Shown here: positions 28,294 to 39,450 of the stretch, one piece after another | Position numbering within the stretch: position 1 is the first letter of the stretch | Layout of the letters: each line of letters begins with the position of its first letter | Assembly (NCBI RefSeq): GCF_000281045.1 | Contig: NW_008246150.1 | Coordinates: 90,177-154,176, forward strand | Length of the DNA: 64,000 nt | Direction: 5' to 3' | From: Saprolegnia diclina VS20 | Lineage: Eukaryota | Position numbers and translations under genes: made by a program | Notes under the pieces: generated by a model | The model's input: only the letters and a program-made list of their open reading frames with translations | Told to the model about the DNA's origin: nothing | The model's database searches: none

Positions 28294-29190
28294 ATGCACG
28301 CGTCGCTCCTCCGCACCACGTCGCGCGTCTCGGTCCGGTCCTTTAGCGCGGTCCGCGCTTCCGCCCCGTCGCTCATCGAAGCCAACCACTTCAAGACGCA
28401 CCCCAAGACCGACGGCCACTTTGCCGACACCAAGATCCAGTCGTGGGCCACCGTACCGCAAACATGGGAAAACCCGATCCCGCACGCCATCTACAGTCCC
28501 GAAGACCTCGCCAAGATCCACCCGACGCACCGCGAGCCCGTCGAGATGCACGCCAAAGTCGCCCTCGCCGCCATCCGCGTCATGCGCTCCAGCTTTGACT
28601 TTGTCTCACGCTACAAGGGCCCGGGCGGCGGCATGAAGGCTGGGGACTGGGTCAACCGCGCGCTCTTCCTCGAGACGGTCGCCGGTGTCCCCGGCATGGT
28701 CGCCGGCATGGCCCGCCACCTCCGCTCGCTGCGCACGATGCAGCGGGACCAGGGCTGGATCCACACGCTCCTCGAGGAGGCCGAGAACGAGCGCATGCAT
28801 CTGCTCATCTTCCTCAACATGAAGTCGCCAGGTCCGCTCTTCCGCCTCTTTGTACTCGGCGCGCAAGGCGTCTTCTTCAACGTGTTCTTCCTCGCGTACC
28901 TAACGTCGCCCAAGACGTGCCACCGCTTCGTGGGGTACCTCGAGGAAGAGGCCGTCCACACGTACACGGCGCTCGTCCAAGACATTGAGAACGGCCATGT
29001 CGACCATTGGGACACGGACATTGCGCCGCTGATCGCACGCAACTACTACAAGCTGCCCGAGACCGCGACCGTCCTGGACATGATCAAGTGCATTCGCGCC
29101 GACGAGGCCAACCACCGCGATGTCAACCACACGTTTGCCGACGTCGAGTGGAAGACGGCGGTCAACCCGTTCTTGGCCAAGCACAACTAG
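28294..29190 (+). CDS. AOX: Alternative oxidase, copy 2 (inverted near-identical duplicate of copy 1)
   Basis: Same motifs and same 897-nt length. Only a few amino acid differences. Confidence 0.97.
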   Translation: MHASLLRTTSRVSVRSFSAVRASAPSLIEANHFKTHPKTDGHFADTKIQSWATVPQTWENPIPHAIYSPEDLAKIHPTHREPVEMHAKVALAAIRVMRSSFDFVSRYKGPGGGMKAGDWVNRALFLETVAGVPGMVAGMARHLRSLRTMQRDQGWIHTLLEEAENERMHLLIFLNMKSPGPLFRLFVLGAQGVFFNVFFLAYLTSPKTCHRFVGYLEEEAVHTYTALVQDIENGHVDHWDTDIAPLIARNYYKLPETATVLDMIKCIRADEANHRDVNHTFADVEWKTAVNPFLAKHN

Positions 29191-29415
29191 AGCTTGAATC
29201 AACAAACCTTGTAGAACTACGCACCACACTATACATGCTTTTCTTTGATGAGTACTAGAACATTTTGTTTTTTGGCGAAGCTCTTGCATCGTCTACCGGA
29301 GGGATCGGGCGTGGGGCAAAATGCATGGCCGCATCAGGTCCTTGAGACTGAGAGCTTTGCGACGGAAGTGCTTGCATATCAACGACATGTCCTCGGCTAC
29401 GTCGTGGTGTCTAGG

Positions 29416-30276
29416 TTAGTGTTCCCCCGCCGTGAAGTATCGCTGTGGGTATTTTGCACCGCGAATGTAAAAGTCGGCGTCCCGCGCTGTCAAGGCGAAC
29501 GCCGGTCGCGCCATAGACGCCTCAAGCGCGGCCGAGAGCAGCGGAATGTCGTCGCCAAGCACGCGCACCTTGCGGTAGTGCTGCAGCAAAATATCAAACC
29601 GGAAAAGGAACGTCATGATGTTGATCTCGGCGCTGCTAAAACGGTCGCCTAGCAGGTACGGACCCTTGGCCCGGAACGCAGCTGCGTGCTCACGGTAGAT
29701 GCGCTCGAGGCCTTGGAGCGACGCGCGCATCTCGGCCTCCAGCGCTGGCATCTTGGCGTCGTCGCTGTTGTGCAAGATGGCGTAGAACCGGCTCGGCTCA
29801 AACTTGGCGACCGCCAGCTGCGCGAGGGCGGCGAGGCGCGGGGCGTCGGCGCAGTAGAGCTTTCCGCCGTTGACCTTGGCGTCAATGTACTGCGAGATGA
29901 TGGTCGACTCGTACACGGGCTCGCCGTCGTCAAGGAGGAACGGGACAGTACCAAAGCGGTTAAAGTCCGTCTTGTAGCTCTCGGGCATGGCTGTGAGCGA
30001 GATGCCAATCATGTCAAAGGCAGCGTCGACCTCGACCGCGGTCCAGAGCGCGCGGTGGCCAAAGGGGCAGACAAGACTGTTGAAGAGGTGGAGCTTGCCG
30101 TCCTGCGTCTGGAAGGAGGCGAGCGTGGTGGCGTCGAGCGACGTGTACTCGATGATGTCAAGGCGCATGCTGGTGGAGGTCTGGAACAATCTGGTTGGAG
30201 AGAAGAGTTGGGTTGTGAATGGCAGCCAACGAGGACACCCTCGGGCCAAAAGATGCACGGGACGACGCAAAAACAT
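29416..30276 (-). CDS. Glutathione S-transferase, Cys-type (omega/lambda-like), with possible mitochondrial presequence
   Basis: LHLFNSLVCPFGHRA, NRFGTVPFL, VYESTIISQYID, GPYLLGDRFSSAEI. Alternative start at 30330. Confidence 0.88.
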   Translation of the reverse strand: MFLRRPVHLLARGCPRWLPFTTQLFSPTRLFQTSTSMRLDIIEYTSLDATTLASFQTQDGKLHLFNSLVCPFGHRALWTAVEVDAAFDMIGISLTAMPESYKTDFNRFGTVPFLLDDGEPVYESTIISQYIDAKVNGGKLYCADAPRLAALAQLAVAKFEPSRFYAILHNSDDAKMPALEAEMRASLQGLERIYREHAAAFRAKGPYLLGDRFSSAEINIMTFLFRFDILLQHYRKVRVLGDDIPLLSAALEASMARPAFALTARDADFYIRGAKYPQRYFTAGEH

Positions 30277-30613
30277 TGGAAGATGGGAAGAATCGAGACG
30301 TTGGCCGTTGAAGCCGTTGAACCTTGACATTTCGAAGCTTGCTGGATCGGCCAGAGGAGATCAATTAAAGCTTAGGTTCATCCGATTTTAGCAATTAAAG
30401 CTTAGCATGAGTGTCGCATAATTTAGTAATATGCAACACATCAGGCTTCGAGCTCCTTTGAATAGAAGCACCGAGAGCACTAGTGCCTCAATACAATCAG
30501 CAAAGCGTGTGGAAGCACTAGTGCTACGGACCAGAAGCACTAGTGCTTTCAGACGATGAGACATGGAGTACACACGCCATGTGACCTTGTGAAAAGGCAT
30601 GAAAGAGCGGGAA

Positions 30614-30670
30614 ACACTGTTTCGAGCACTGTTTCGAGCACTGTTTGAAGCACTGTTTGAGGCACTGTTT
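30614..30670. repeat. 12-bp tandem repeat (GCACTGTTTCGA-like), about 5 copies, inside the MULE
   Basis: acactgtttcga gcactgtttcga gcactgtttgaa gcactgtttgag gcactgttt. Confidence 0.9.
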
Positions 30671-30884
30671 GGGGGCATGGTTGTTGCGCGCACTGGTGCT
30701 AACTGTGTAGCACCAGTGCTACACAGTTACGAGTAGACGGCATTTTGGATTGCCACGTCATCTATATTGCGTGTGGCGAACAATCGTTTAGTCAGTCAAG
30801 CTGGGATATACAGTGCTAGTACCAGTAGAAGCAACAGACCCGAAGATGCTAATCTAGTTTTCAGCCGTAGAGCTCGCGATGAGT

Positions 30885-32720
30885 TCAATCAATTTTTCCA
30901 TTAAGAAGCGACTTAATCATGTATCCGCGGTACGAAGCACATAAATTGTCTGTGAGCGTGTGCACGTCAACTGGAGAGGACATGGCGTAGCGCTCGGCCA
31001 CAGCTGCGAGGTACACGCCGCAATCGAAATTGTTCTTCTGGCGCAGGGCAACAAAACTCACTGGCCAGTCGTCCTGACGAGCAACGGATCCGAACTCTGT
31101 GCGGGGTGCCTTCTTCTTGTGGAGCTTGATGGTGGTGTCGATACGGTTGAGTACCTTCTTCAGCTCCTTCGAGTCCCACGGCCACGAGTCGTAAACGAAC
31201 ACCTTGTTCTCGTTGACGGCAACGACGGCAAGGGCCCAATGCGCGCGGTTGATGTTGGTTGGTAAGAGCACGTAGTCGTAGGCCATCCAGTTTCGCTTCT
31301 TGTGCAGAACTGGACCCGCCCGTTGGCAGTCGGTCGCCCACGACGTGCTGTCCAGACACAAAAGTCTGGAAGGCTTGGAATGCACTTCGTTCGACAACGC
31401 TGTGACCATGAACAGCCACGTGTTGATACTCTATGAGCAAAAAATGCGTGAGGTACGCATTTATGGAAGACATCGCGTCGCACATCGTCGTAGAGCCAGC
31501 GGTCGTACGCAATGTCCTTGAGCATGGTAGAAGTGACTCGATGCGGTCCTATGAGACGCCAGAGGTTATTAGTGGAAGGGGGAACAATACTGAGAGCGAC
31601 GGTACCGACAGTCTGCAGCGCGGGCTCGTTTTCGTCGACGCGCCGATACGAATTGCCGTTGACGACCATCCTAGGTAGTCTTGTCTTTTTTTCCTTGGCG
31701 TCCGCGTCAATGAGCTTCTTGAATTTAGTGCGCTTGTACACGAAAAAATCCACCAATGCGTCGTTGACCGCCGACGCGGCTGCTTGAGGGACGTCATTGA
31801 TCTACGTTAGACAGCATCAACGAGGAGCGACGTTACGACTGAACAGTACAGTCGCTTCACGTAGACGATGTGACAGGTCTTCGACGATTGCCTGGCTTGC
31901 GTATAGCTCGTGCTACGATTATTTTTTGTATGACGGCGTTGTCAGGGTTATGACGTACCTCCAAAACGTTGGCCCGGGTCGTCAGATGCTCTGCGCGTTC
32001 ATGGAGCAGGTGCTCATTGACGCGCAAGTCCATGTTCTCGAAATGAAGACTCAAGGTACAGCGCTCAGTCTAGTAGAGTACATGGGTCGAGCACCAATAC
32101 CATTTTACCTTACAGAGCGTGTCAATTCGTCGACAACACCGTAGAGCTTCGACACTACGACGTCCAGCTCCGGTGTGACGACGCGCGTGGACTGGAGCGG
32201 ACTCGGCTCGTTAGCGCTTCTGCCGTAAGTCGCTTCCACGGCCATTTGCGTGAGTACATGAAGGCCAGCGCTGTCGCTCTCGCTGTCGTCGAAAGATTGC
32301 GAGCACCGTCTCTTCGTGTCGCGGCCCGCGTCGTCGGTGGGAGGCGGCTGCCGCCGCTTAGACGTGCTGCGCACAACGTCAAAGAGTGCAGTTTCAGGTG
32401 GCGCTGCGAACGGATCGACGCGCTCACACGCCTCTGGGGGGTGATTATGACGCCACACCTCGTCCGTGACGACAAAGCATCCATCGGGTTGACGGTGGAG
32501 TTGGAGGCTAGCGGCACACAAGTCCTCGCCGTGCGCTATGGCCTTCGAGTTCTTGTACTTACACCAATACTGCCTTCCGTTTGACTCCTTGCGGCGCGTA
32601 GCCCCACGTGATTGCAGAGAAATACCTCTTGAAAGCGGCCCGCGCAGCCAAGAACGCCTCGAACGACGGGAATCGTGTGCCGTGCGTGTCGCCAAACGAG
32701 ATGGCGGCGACCCTCGACAT
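30885..32720 (-). CDS. Transposon-borne gene: FAR1/WRKY-GCM1-like zinc finger plus Ulp1 (peptidase C48) SUMO-protease domain, multi-exon
   Basis: Ulp1 motifs WLYDD, LLPTNINRAHWALAVV, VYDS, QKNNFDCGVY. Upstream exon YWCKY...LCAASL...VWRHNH. Joining of the exons into one gene is inferred. Confidence 0.8.
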
Positions 32721-33007
32721 TGCAAAGTAGTCGTGGAGCACCACCCAAGCACTAGTGCTTTCGATGTTTCGTCATCATATCACCCAACACTTCTCCCACA
32801 AAGCACTAGTGCTTTCATGTAGCACTAGTGCTTCACAGTGCAGTAGCCGTAAAGCACTGATGCTTAGTCACCATATCACCCAAAGCACTAGTGCTTTCAT
32901 GTAGCACTAGTGCTTCACAAGAATAAATGGTTAGGAGGCGACGGTCGTTCATCGATCTGTGTCGCACCAGTGCTCCGAGACTTGGTGTCATACCAAATTA
33001 AGGTGCC

Positions 33008-35190
33008 ATGGATCTATGCCGCATCCTCAGGCAGGACACCCTGCACCCGCCTGCAATGGGACCCGACACGGCGATGTCTGTATTGCCAGCCGCTTATGTG
33101 CAGTCGGCCCGCGCCTTTGGCATTGTCGCCATGTGCGGCGACGAGTACGAGCCTCCCGAAACTCTGTTCGGCGGCCCGAAGGACGTCAAGGCCTCCATAC
33201 GCGCATTTGCCGCGGCTAACGGCATGGAAGTCTCGGTTAGCAACCGAGGAACCCAACTGGCCTTCCGTTGCAAGTACGCTCAACTCTCAAATGACTGTTT
33301 GTTACGTTGGGCCGGGCATGTCAATAGGACCTCAACGGAAACCAACCCGTGCCCGTTCCAGATACTCACAAACACCCGACTCGCCAGCGGTGCTAGTGTC
33401 ATCACACGTGTCAACCTCGGGCACTCTCATCCCATCGCTAGCCCGTGTGTGAGGGATAACACTCGCAATACGACCGTGACGACCTCGATGGTCGGTTATA
33501 CTAGTACTTGAAAGCGTGTAGTTATGTTAACATTTTGTCTAGTTGGTGGACGCCATCATGGCGTCGGAGCTTGTACACTCGACTCGTATCGAACGCATAT
33601 CAACGAAGGCGATGAACAGCGTCATCCAGTCCAAGTACCTGACGACGATCGTGCCGCAGCGCGCCTCTACGATACGCTACAAGCTCAAGGAAATTCGGTT
33701 CGGTAAACTCGTGCCTCAATTCCAGCGCCTCGAGTCGTACCTCGTCCGACTATGCCACGACAACCCTGGGTCGTACGGTGTTTACGAGGCGTTTCCTAGC
33801 GGGATGTTCCGACGCTCTTTTTTTTTATCCCCGGCTGCTTCAACGCCAACACGCACGCGTTCAAGCCTCTGGTTGCCCTTGATGCGTGCCACCTCAAGGG
33901 CGACTTTGCGCAAACCGGCGTGCTTCTCGTCGCTACGATGAAGGACTATAACAACCAATTGGTTGTTGTAGCGATTGCACATGCTCCCACGGAGAATTTT
34001 GCCCACTGGGCTTGGTTCCTCCGTCAGTTGCGTGCCTCTAATATTCTACCTCGCGCAGACCTGCTTTGCTTCCTCTCGGACCGTCTCAAAGGTCTTCTTT
34101 CGTCGTGTTCGTTACTTATGGCGCTAGTTAGGGCTGTTGCTTGCCGTCAAAACCGCGTACCCCGAAGCGTTCCATCGCTGGTGCATGCGCCACATCGTAG
34201 CCAACATCAAAACGCACGGCTGGATTACGTGCGACGACATTGAGATCATCATTTACGAACTCGCCCGGAGCCCGAACGAGGAAGCGTTCGACGCGACAAT
34301 GACCAAGCTCGACGACAAACCAGGTACGTGCAGCCGCACTGACTTCGACGTGGTGTGATTAAACCTGACCTGTACTTAGCGCTTCAAAAGTACCTTCGCG
34401 GTATGGACCGCGAGCATTGGGTCACTTACGCTCTGGTCGACGCCGGTGGCTTTTCGTTCGACGAAGTGACGTCTAACCTCGCCGAGTCTGCCAACAGCTG
34501 GCTCGGCGACGATCTTCGGTCCAGCGACCCCGTCCAGTTGCACTATCTCTATGTAGAAAAACTCCGAGCGAAGTTCGCCCGGCGTCGTTCGATGTACGAC
34601 AAAGTTCGCTTGCAATCCACCACAGTGTACATCACACCCGCGGCCGAGAAGCGACTACAAGCCGACATCGCGAAAGCGCGCCAGTTCATCGCTGGCGATT
34701 GCGGCGGTAACTCTGGCATGTGGAAGATGGTGCATTGCCGCGATGTCCATCTTGGCAACGAACGAGCTTTCGCCGTGGACATGCCGGAGCGCTCGTGCTC
34801 GTGCTACCAGTGGCAGGACACCAAGTGGCCATGTTACCATGCGCTTCGCGTGTGCCTCTCCGCGCCCGGCACGATTTACGACTACATCGATGATGCCTAC
34901 AACATCGACAAGACTGCCATCATCTACAGCCAGTCGGTGGTGCCCTCGTCCACTATCGGTTTGACCCACGACAAGTCGGCGTCGGCGCCGTCATTGTTGC
35001 AGCAAACCGTCTGCTTCTCGTACGACATGGTGCTTGCAACGACCAAATTAACAGTTCGGCATTGCGTAGGAAGCGTGCGAAGAACAAGCTGAAGGCGACC
35101 GGGAAAGCCAAGAAGGGCGCGTGGACAAAGACTGGTGTATTGCCGGGTCCGAAGGTCAGAAAGCGCTTCAAGTCCAAAGGGATGAAGTAG
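33008..35190 (+). CDS. MULE transposase with SWIM zinc finger, multi-exon, frame break at 33818-33827
   Basis: LVALDACHLKG, ATMKDYNNQL, TENFAHWAWFL, FLSDRLKG, HRWCMRHIVAN, TSNLAESANS, CSCYQWQDTKWPCYH. Confidence 0.92.
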
Positions 35191-36021
35191 TTACAACATA
35201 AATATATACATTTGATTCACACAAGCTCCTCATTTGTACAGAGGCACTGCAAGCTCCAGTGCCTTCGTTTTGTTCTGCAAACTATGACGACATTGAACAC
35301 GCCTCCTGTTTACCTCATACGTACAGGAAGCACTGGTGCTTCCTGTCTGTGTCCAGGAAGCAGTAGTGCTTTTGTCATCGCGGGACACCGTGTGATAATT
35401 TTAGGACATAAGCACCAGTGCTTCTATCCAGGATTGTGGTACGTGCCGAGGCACTAGTGCTTCCTGGCCGTGCACATGCGACATTTACGTGATATGTTAT
35501 GCGACACTCATGCTAAGCTTTAATTGCTAAAATCGGATGAACCTAAGCTTTAATTGATCTCCTCGGATCGGCCAGGATTCATCAGCAGCGTGACACACGC
35601 TTTCCTCAAAACACATCTGCTTCCGTCATCTTGGATACACTATTTAAAGGCTCTGCAGTGAAGAGTTGTTACGTGAGCCAAACATAAAATCTCGCCTAGA
35701 ACATATATTTTGGCGGTTGTGGTAGAATTGTTGACTCAGTTGACTGTGGCTTTTCCATGCAGGGGCGTTACCATGCAACGGCAAACGTGGCGCCGTGATG
35801 GGGCTTGTTGATCGATCCGACTGGGATCGGTCAGCAGCGTGACTCACGCTGTCTCAAAATGGACAGCTGCTTCGGGTCAGCGCGGGCCGTCCATTCGGCC
35901 GGGCGGTTGGTGCAAAAATACGCACCAAGTGGGACCTTCTATACAGGGTTTTCCCGCACACGATCCTTCCCTCAACCAACCTATTACCACAATTCATTCC
36001 ACAACATCAATAGTACCCAGC

Positions 36022-36564
36022 ATGGCGACGCTCAGCTCGATCGACAAGCGCGACGCGATCGTGTACAACTCGGCCAGTCGAGGCCTCCAAGCCGCGGCCG
36101 TTGCCGGTGTCACGGCCGGCGCACTCGTGGCACTGGCCAACCAGCAGTCGACGTGGTTTCGCCACCGCCTTGGCGTCAGCGGCAAGGTCGGGCTGGCCGT
36201 CATGGCGTCGGTCGCTAGCTTCGCCATCGTCGCCGAGCAAGACCTCTTGCGCGGCGTGCGCAACCCGGACGCATATATTTCTGAAATGCACGGCGAGAGT
36301 GCCCCGACCGCCAAGACGACGAGTGACCTGCCGCTGCTGCAGCGCACGGCCAACTTTGTGTACGACTACCCGTTCCGAACGCTCGTGGGCGCGGCGGTGC
36401 CGCTCGTCGGGTTCATTTTTCTGGACCAGAACCGCAACGCCAACATTCAATTCTCGCAAAAGATCATGCACACGCGCATTTACGGCCAAGGCGCGTCCGT
36501 GGTGCTGCTTCTGAGCACGATGGCCTTTCACGACTACATGGCCAAGCGCGGTCGGTTCCAGTAG
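36022..36564 (+). CDS. HIG1 (hypoxia-induced gene) domain membrane protein, Rcf2-like
   Basis: C-terminal SQKIMHTRIYGQG motif and several hydrophobic helices. Confidence 0.8.
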   Translation: MATLSSIDKRDAIVYNSASRGLQAAAVAGVTAGALVALANQQSTWFRHRLGVSGKVGLAVMASVASFAIVAEQDLLRGVRNPDAYISEMHGESAPTAKTTSDLPLLQRTANFVYDYPFRTLVGAAVPLVGFIFLDQNRNANIQFSQKIMHTRIYGQGASVVLLLSTMAFHDYMAKRGRFQ

Positions 36565-37139
36565 TCCATAATTTTTTACTAGATATTTTATATCGCTGAA
36601 ATGGATTATCGCCGGCATGCGTGAAACTTTGGGCCCTCAAGGCCGTAGTATCCCGCAACATGCGCATTGAGGCCAGCACAGGCACCCGCAAGCGACAGTC
36701 GAGGTGCTGACGACTGCCAACAGGCCCCGCAAGGCGCGCACAGTCAGTACACCCAGCCAATCTACGGACAACCTCACCGTCTGTAACAAATGGAGCCCTA
36801 TTCCTTTTGGCCTCGTACGACTCGGGTGAAGCAACGGAACGCATTCTAGTGTTCTTTCGTAGGTACGTGGGCAGCCAGCAAGGCAAGGTGAGTCGTAGCG
36901 TCGCATTAGGTGTCGAGGACGATCAATACTGTAGAGTTTTTTCCTTGAACAAACTTTGCGTATCCACGCAGCCTTGCGACCTTTGCGATCGGGTGTTCCA
37001 TCTCGCAATGTCCTGCAGTACACAACATTGTGTGCATCCCTCTTGACACTTTTTTAATTACCAGTAGTTATCACATTTGCATGCCGACGCAGCTCTTGCC
37101 TGATGTCAAGATACGTCGTCTGTCGACTGTACTAGAATC

Positions 37140-38683
37140 TTAGTTGCCAACCGGCGGCTTGAGAAGCGTCGGCGGCTTGCGCGCGGTACCAAGCGGCAGA
37201 GTCACAACGTCCTTGATCTTGCCCCACGCGGGCATCGTCACGAGCTCTTCTGACGCCGTCGGGTGGATCGCGACAATATTGTCAAAGTCCGACTTGTATG
37301 CGCCCATTTTGACGGCAACGCCAAAGCCCTGGATCATCTCGTCGGCGCCGAGGCCCGCGACGTGAACGCCGACGACAGCTTCTTCGACGCCGATGCACAC
37401 GAGCTTCATCGCGGTTTGCACCTTATCCTTCTCGGCGCACATGGCATAAAACATGTTGGAGAACGAGCTCGTGTGCGTCGTCACGTTGTGCGCACCGTAC
37501 TGCTCAATGGCCTGCGGCTCGGTCAAGCCAATCGTACCAATCGGCGGGTGGCTAAACACAACGGTCGGGATCTGGGAATAGTTGACGCACGCGTTCGGCT
37601 CGTTGCCGAAAAGACGGTCCGCGAGCCGACGACCGGCCGCAATCGCCACCGGCGTTAGCTCCCATCCGGTCGTCGTGACATCGCCAATCGCGTAGACGTT
37701 GGGAACAGTGGTGTTTTCTTGGGCGTCGACTTGGATGAATTTCTCGGTGGAAAGTGCAATGTCGGTCGTCTCCAGCCCCAAGTCGTGCGTCCGGGGCGTC
37801 CGCCCAATCGCAAAGAGAACCGTCTCGAAGCCGGTAAACGACTGAGGTTCACCGGCGACCGTCGCCTGGAGTGTCAACGTCCCGTCACCCGCCTTTTCAA
37901 TCGCATTGATGCCGCTCTCCCGCACAAATTGCACGCCAGCGCTATGCCATCAAAATGAACCTGTCGCGATAGATCAATGTATGGATCGTGAGCGACGTAC
38001 TGCTCCATCTCGGTGTTGACGAGGTCGCGCACGATCGGGTCAAACGTACGCAGCACCTGGTTGCCGCGGCAAAACACCGTCGTGTTCGACTTGAGCGCGT
38101 TAAAGATGCCGGCGAGCTCGACCGCAATGTAGCCGGCGCCGACGACCGCGACCTTGCGGGGCTGCGTCTCGAGCGCAAAGAACCCGTCGCTCGAAATCGC
38201 GTGTTCGATGCCGGGAATCGGTGGCAGGGCCGGGACACCGCCGACGGCAATGAGGATGTGCTTGGCCGTGTACCGTTCGCCGTTGACTTCAATCGTGTGG
38301 TTGTCGACAAACTTGGCGGCGCCCATGACGAGATCGACCTTGTCTTCGAGCATGCCTTCGCCGTACATACTGTTCAGCCACGTGACGTACGCATCGCGCT
38401 TGGCTTTCATCGCCGCCCAGTCAAAGGCGCCATATTGAATGTCCGACACACCCTTGAACGCGTACGCGCGCGCCGAATGGAGCATCTCGGCGTGGAGCGC
38501 AGCGTTGAACATGATCTTCTTGGGTACGCAGCCCACGTTGACGCATGTGCCACCGAGGCCAGCACCGTCATTCTCGCGGCCACGCTCGACGACGAGGACT
38601 TTGGCACCGTAGGCCACCGCGCGGTGGGCTGTCGACACGCCACCCGAGCCCGCACCGAGCACAATGTAGTCGTAGGTTGTCAT
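37140..38683 (-). CDS. GSR: Glutathione reductase, 2 exons
   Basis: [71 protein letters not shown]. Confidence 0.95.
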
Positions 38684-39157
38684 GCTGTGTGTATTTGATG
38701 GGAGATTCACAACTGTGGACAAGAGCCATTGCAAATCAAAGCCATGCGCGCGTCTTGGCACATTCGGAGGAGAAAGGAAGGGATGGTTGTAGCCAGCTCA
38801 GTTGTTTGGAGCTGCTCGTATCTTTGGTGGCTTGTCACAGCCTCCCTGCAACAGCCTCGTGTCGGTTTTACATTTTTCGGTGGTAGAACTACCACGTACG
38901 TCCGCCACCCTTTTCTCCTCCCCACCGACATGCAGAGCCGGGCACAAAACCATAAAATACACTCCAAGAACAATAATACTGGCACGTGCAAAACACCCAA
39001 GGAGTACCCTAACTACCCTTCTATATCGAGCACTGCAACGGCCACGAGTAATGTCGATGACTGCATCGTCTTGATCGATCATCCACTGCGGTATCTTTCT
39101 TTGCAAAAGATATGCAAAAATCTTTTCATTTCCCATTTGATCATCGCCAACAACTGT

Positions 39158-39450
39158 CTACAACATGTGCCACAAGACCTCGTGCTCCGTGTGCCACAAG
39201 GCGACGTGGTACTCTTCTGCTCAAATGACTGGGATTGATCGAACGTCTTGTAGGCAAGGGTGCGGCCAGCACATCCAGAGCGCGCTCCAAGGTGCGTCTC
39301 GACTTATATCTTCCTAATCGCGTAGAGGGAACATATAGGCGTTCCTGAGGCGGAGAGGTGCCCGGGTTGGCGCACGGGCCAGCACCAAGACGCACCGAGC
39401 GGCGGCGCCGGTAAATAAGCACCCGAGACGCAAGAGGCTCTAGCACGAAA
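39158..39450 (+). repeat. About 290-bp dispersed repeat, inverted relative to 44174-44465
   Basis: Reverse complement aligns by eye, e.g. atttaccggcgcc..cgctcggtgcgtcttggtgctg, ctggccgcacccttgcctacaa, tcttgtggcacatgttg. Confidence 0.85.

Larger units (their letters stand above)
30354..35564. mobile_element. Complete Mutator-like DNA transposon (MULE), 5,211 bp
   Basis: Perfect 68-bp TIRs (30354-30421 and 35497-35564). 10-bp TSD GGATCGGCCA at 30344-30353 and 35565-35574. Internal MULE transposase. Confidence 0.96.

Noticed and set aside
30477..32973. Short palindromic repeats with variable spacers, superficially CRISPR-like
   Set aside because: Repeats are 10-14 bp with irregular spacing, there are no cas genes, and the context is a eukaryotic transposon.
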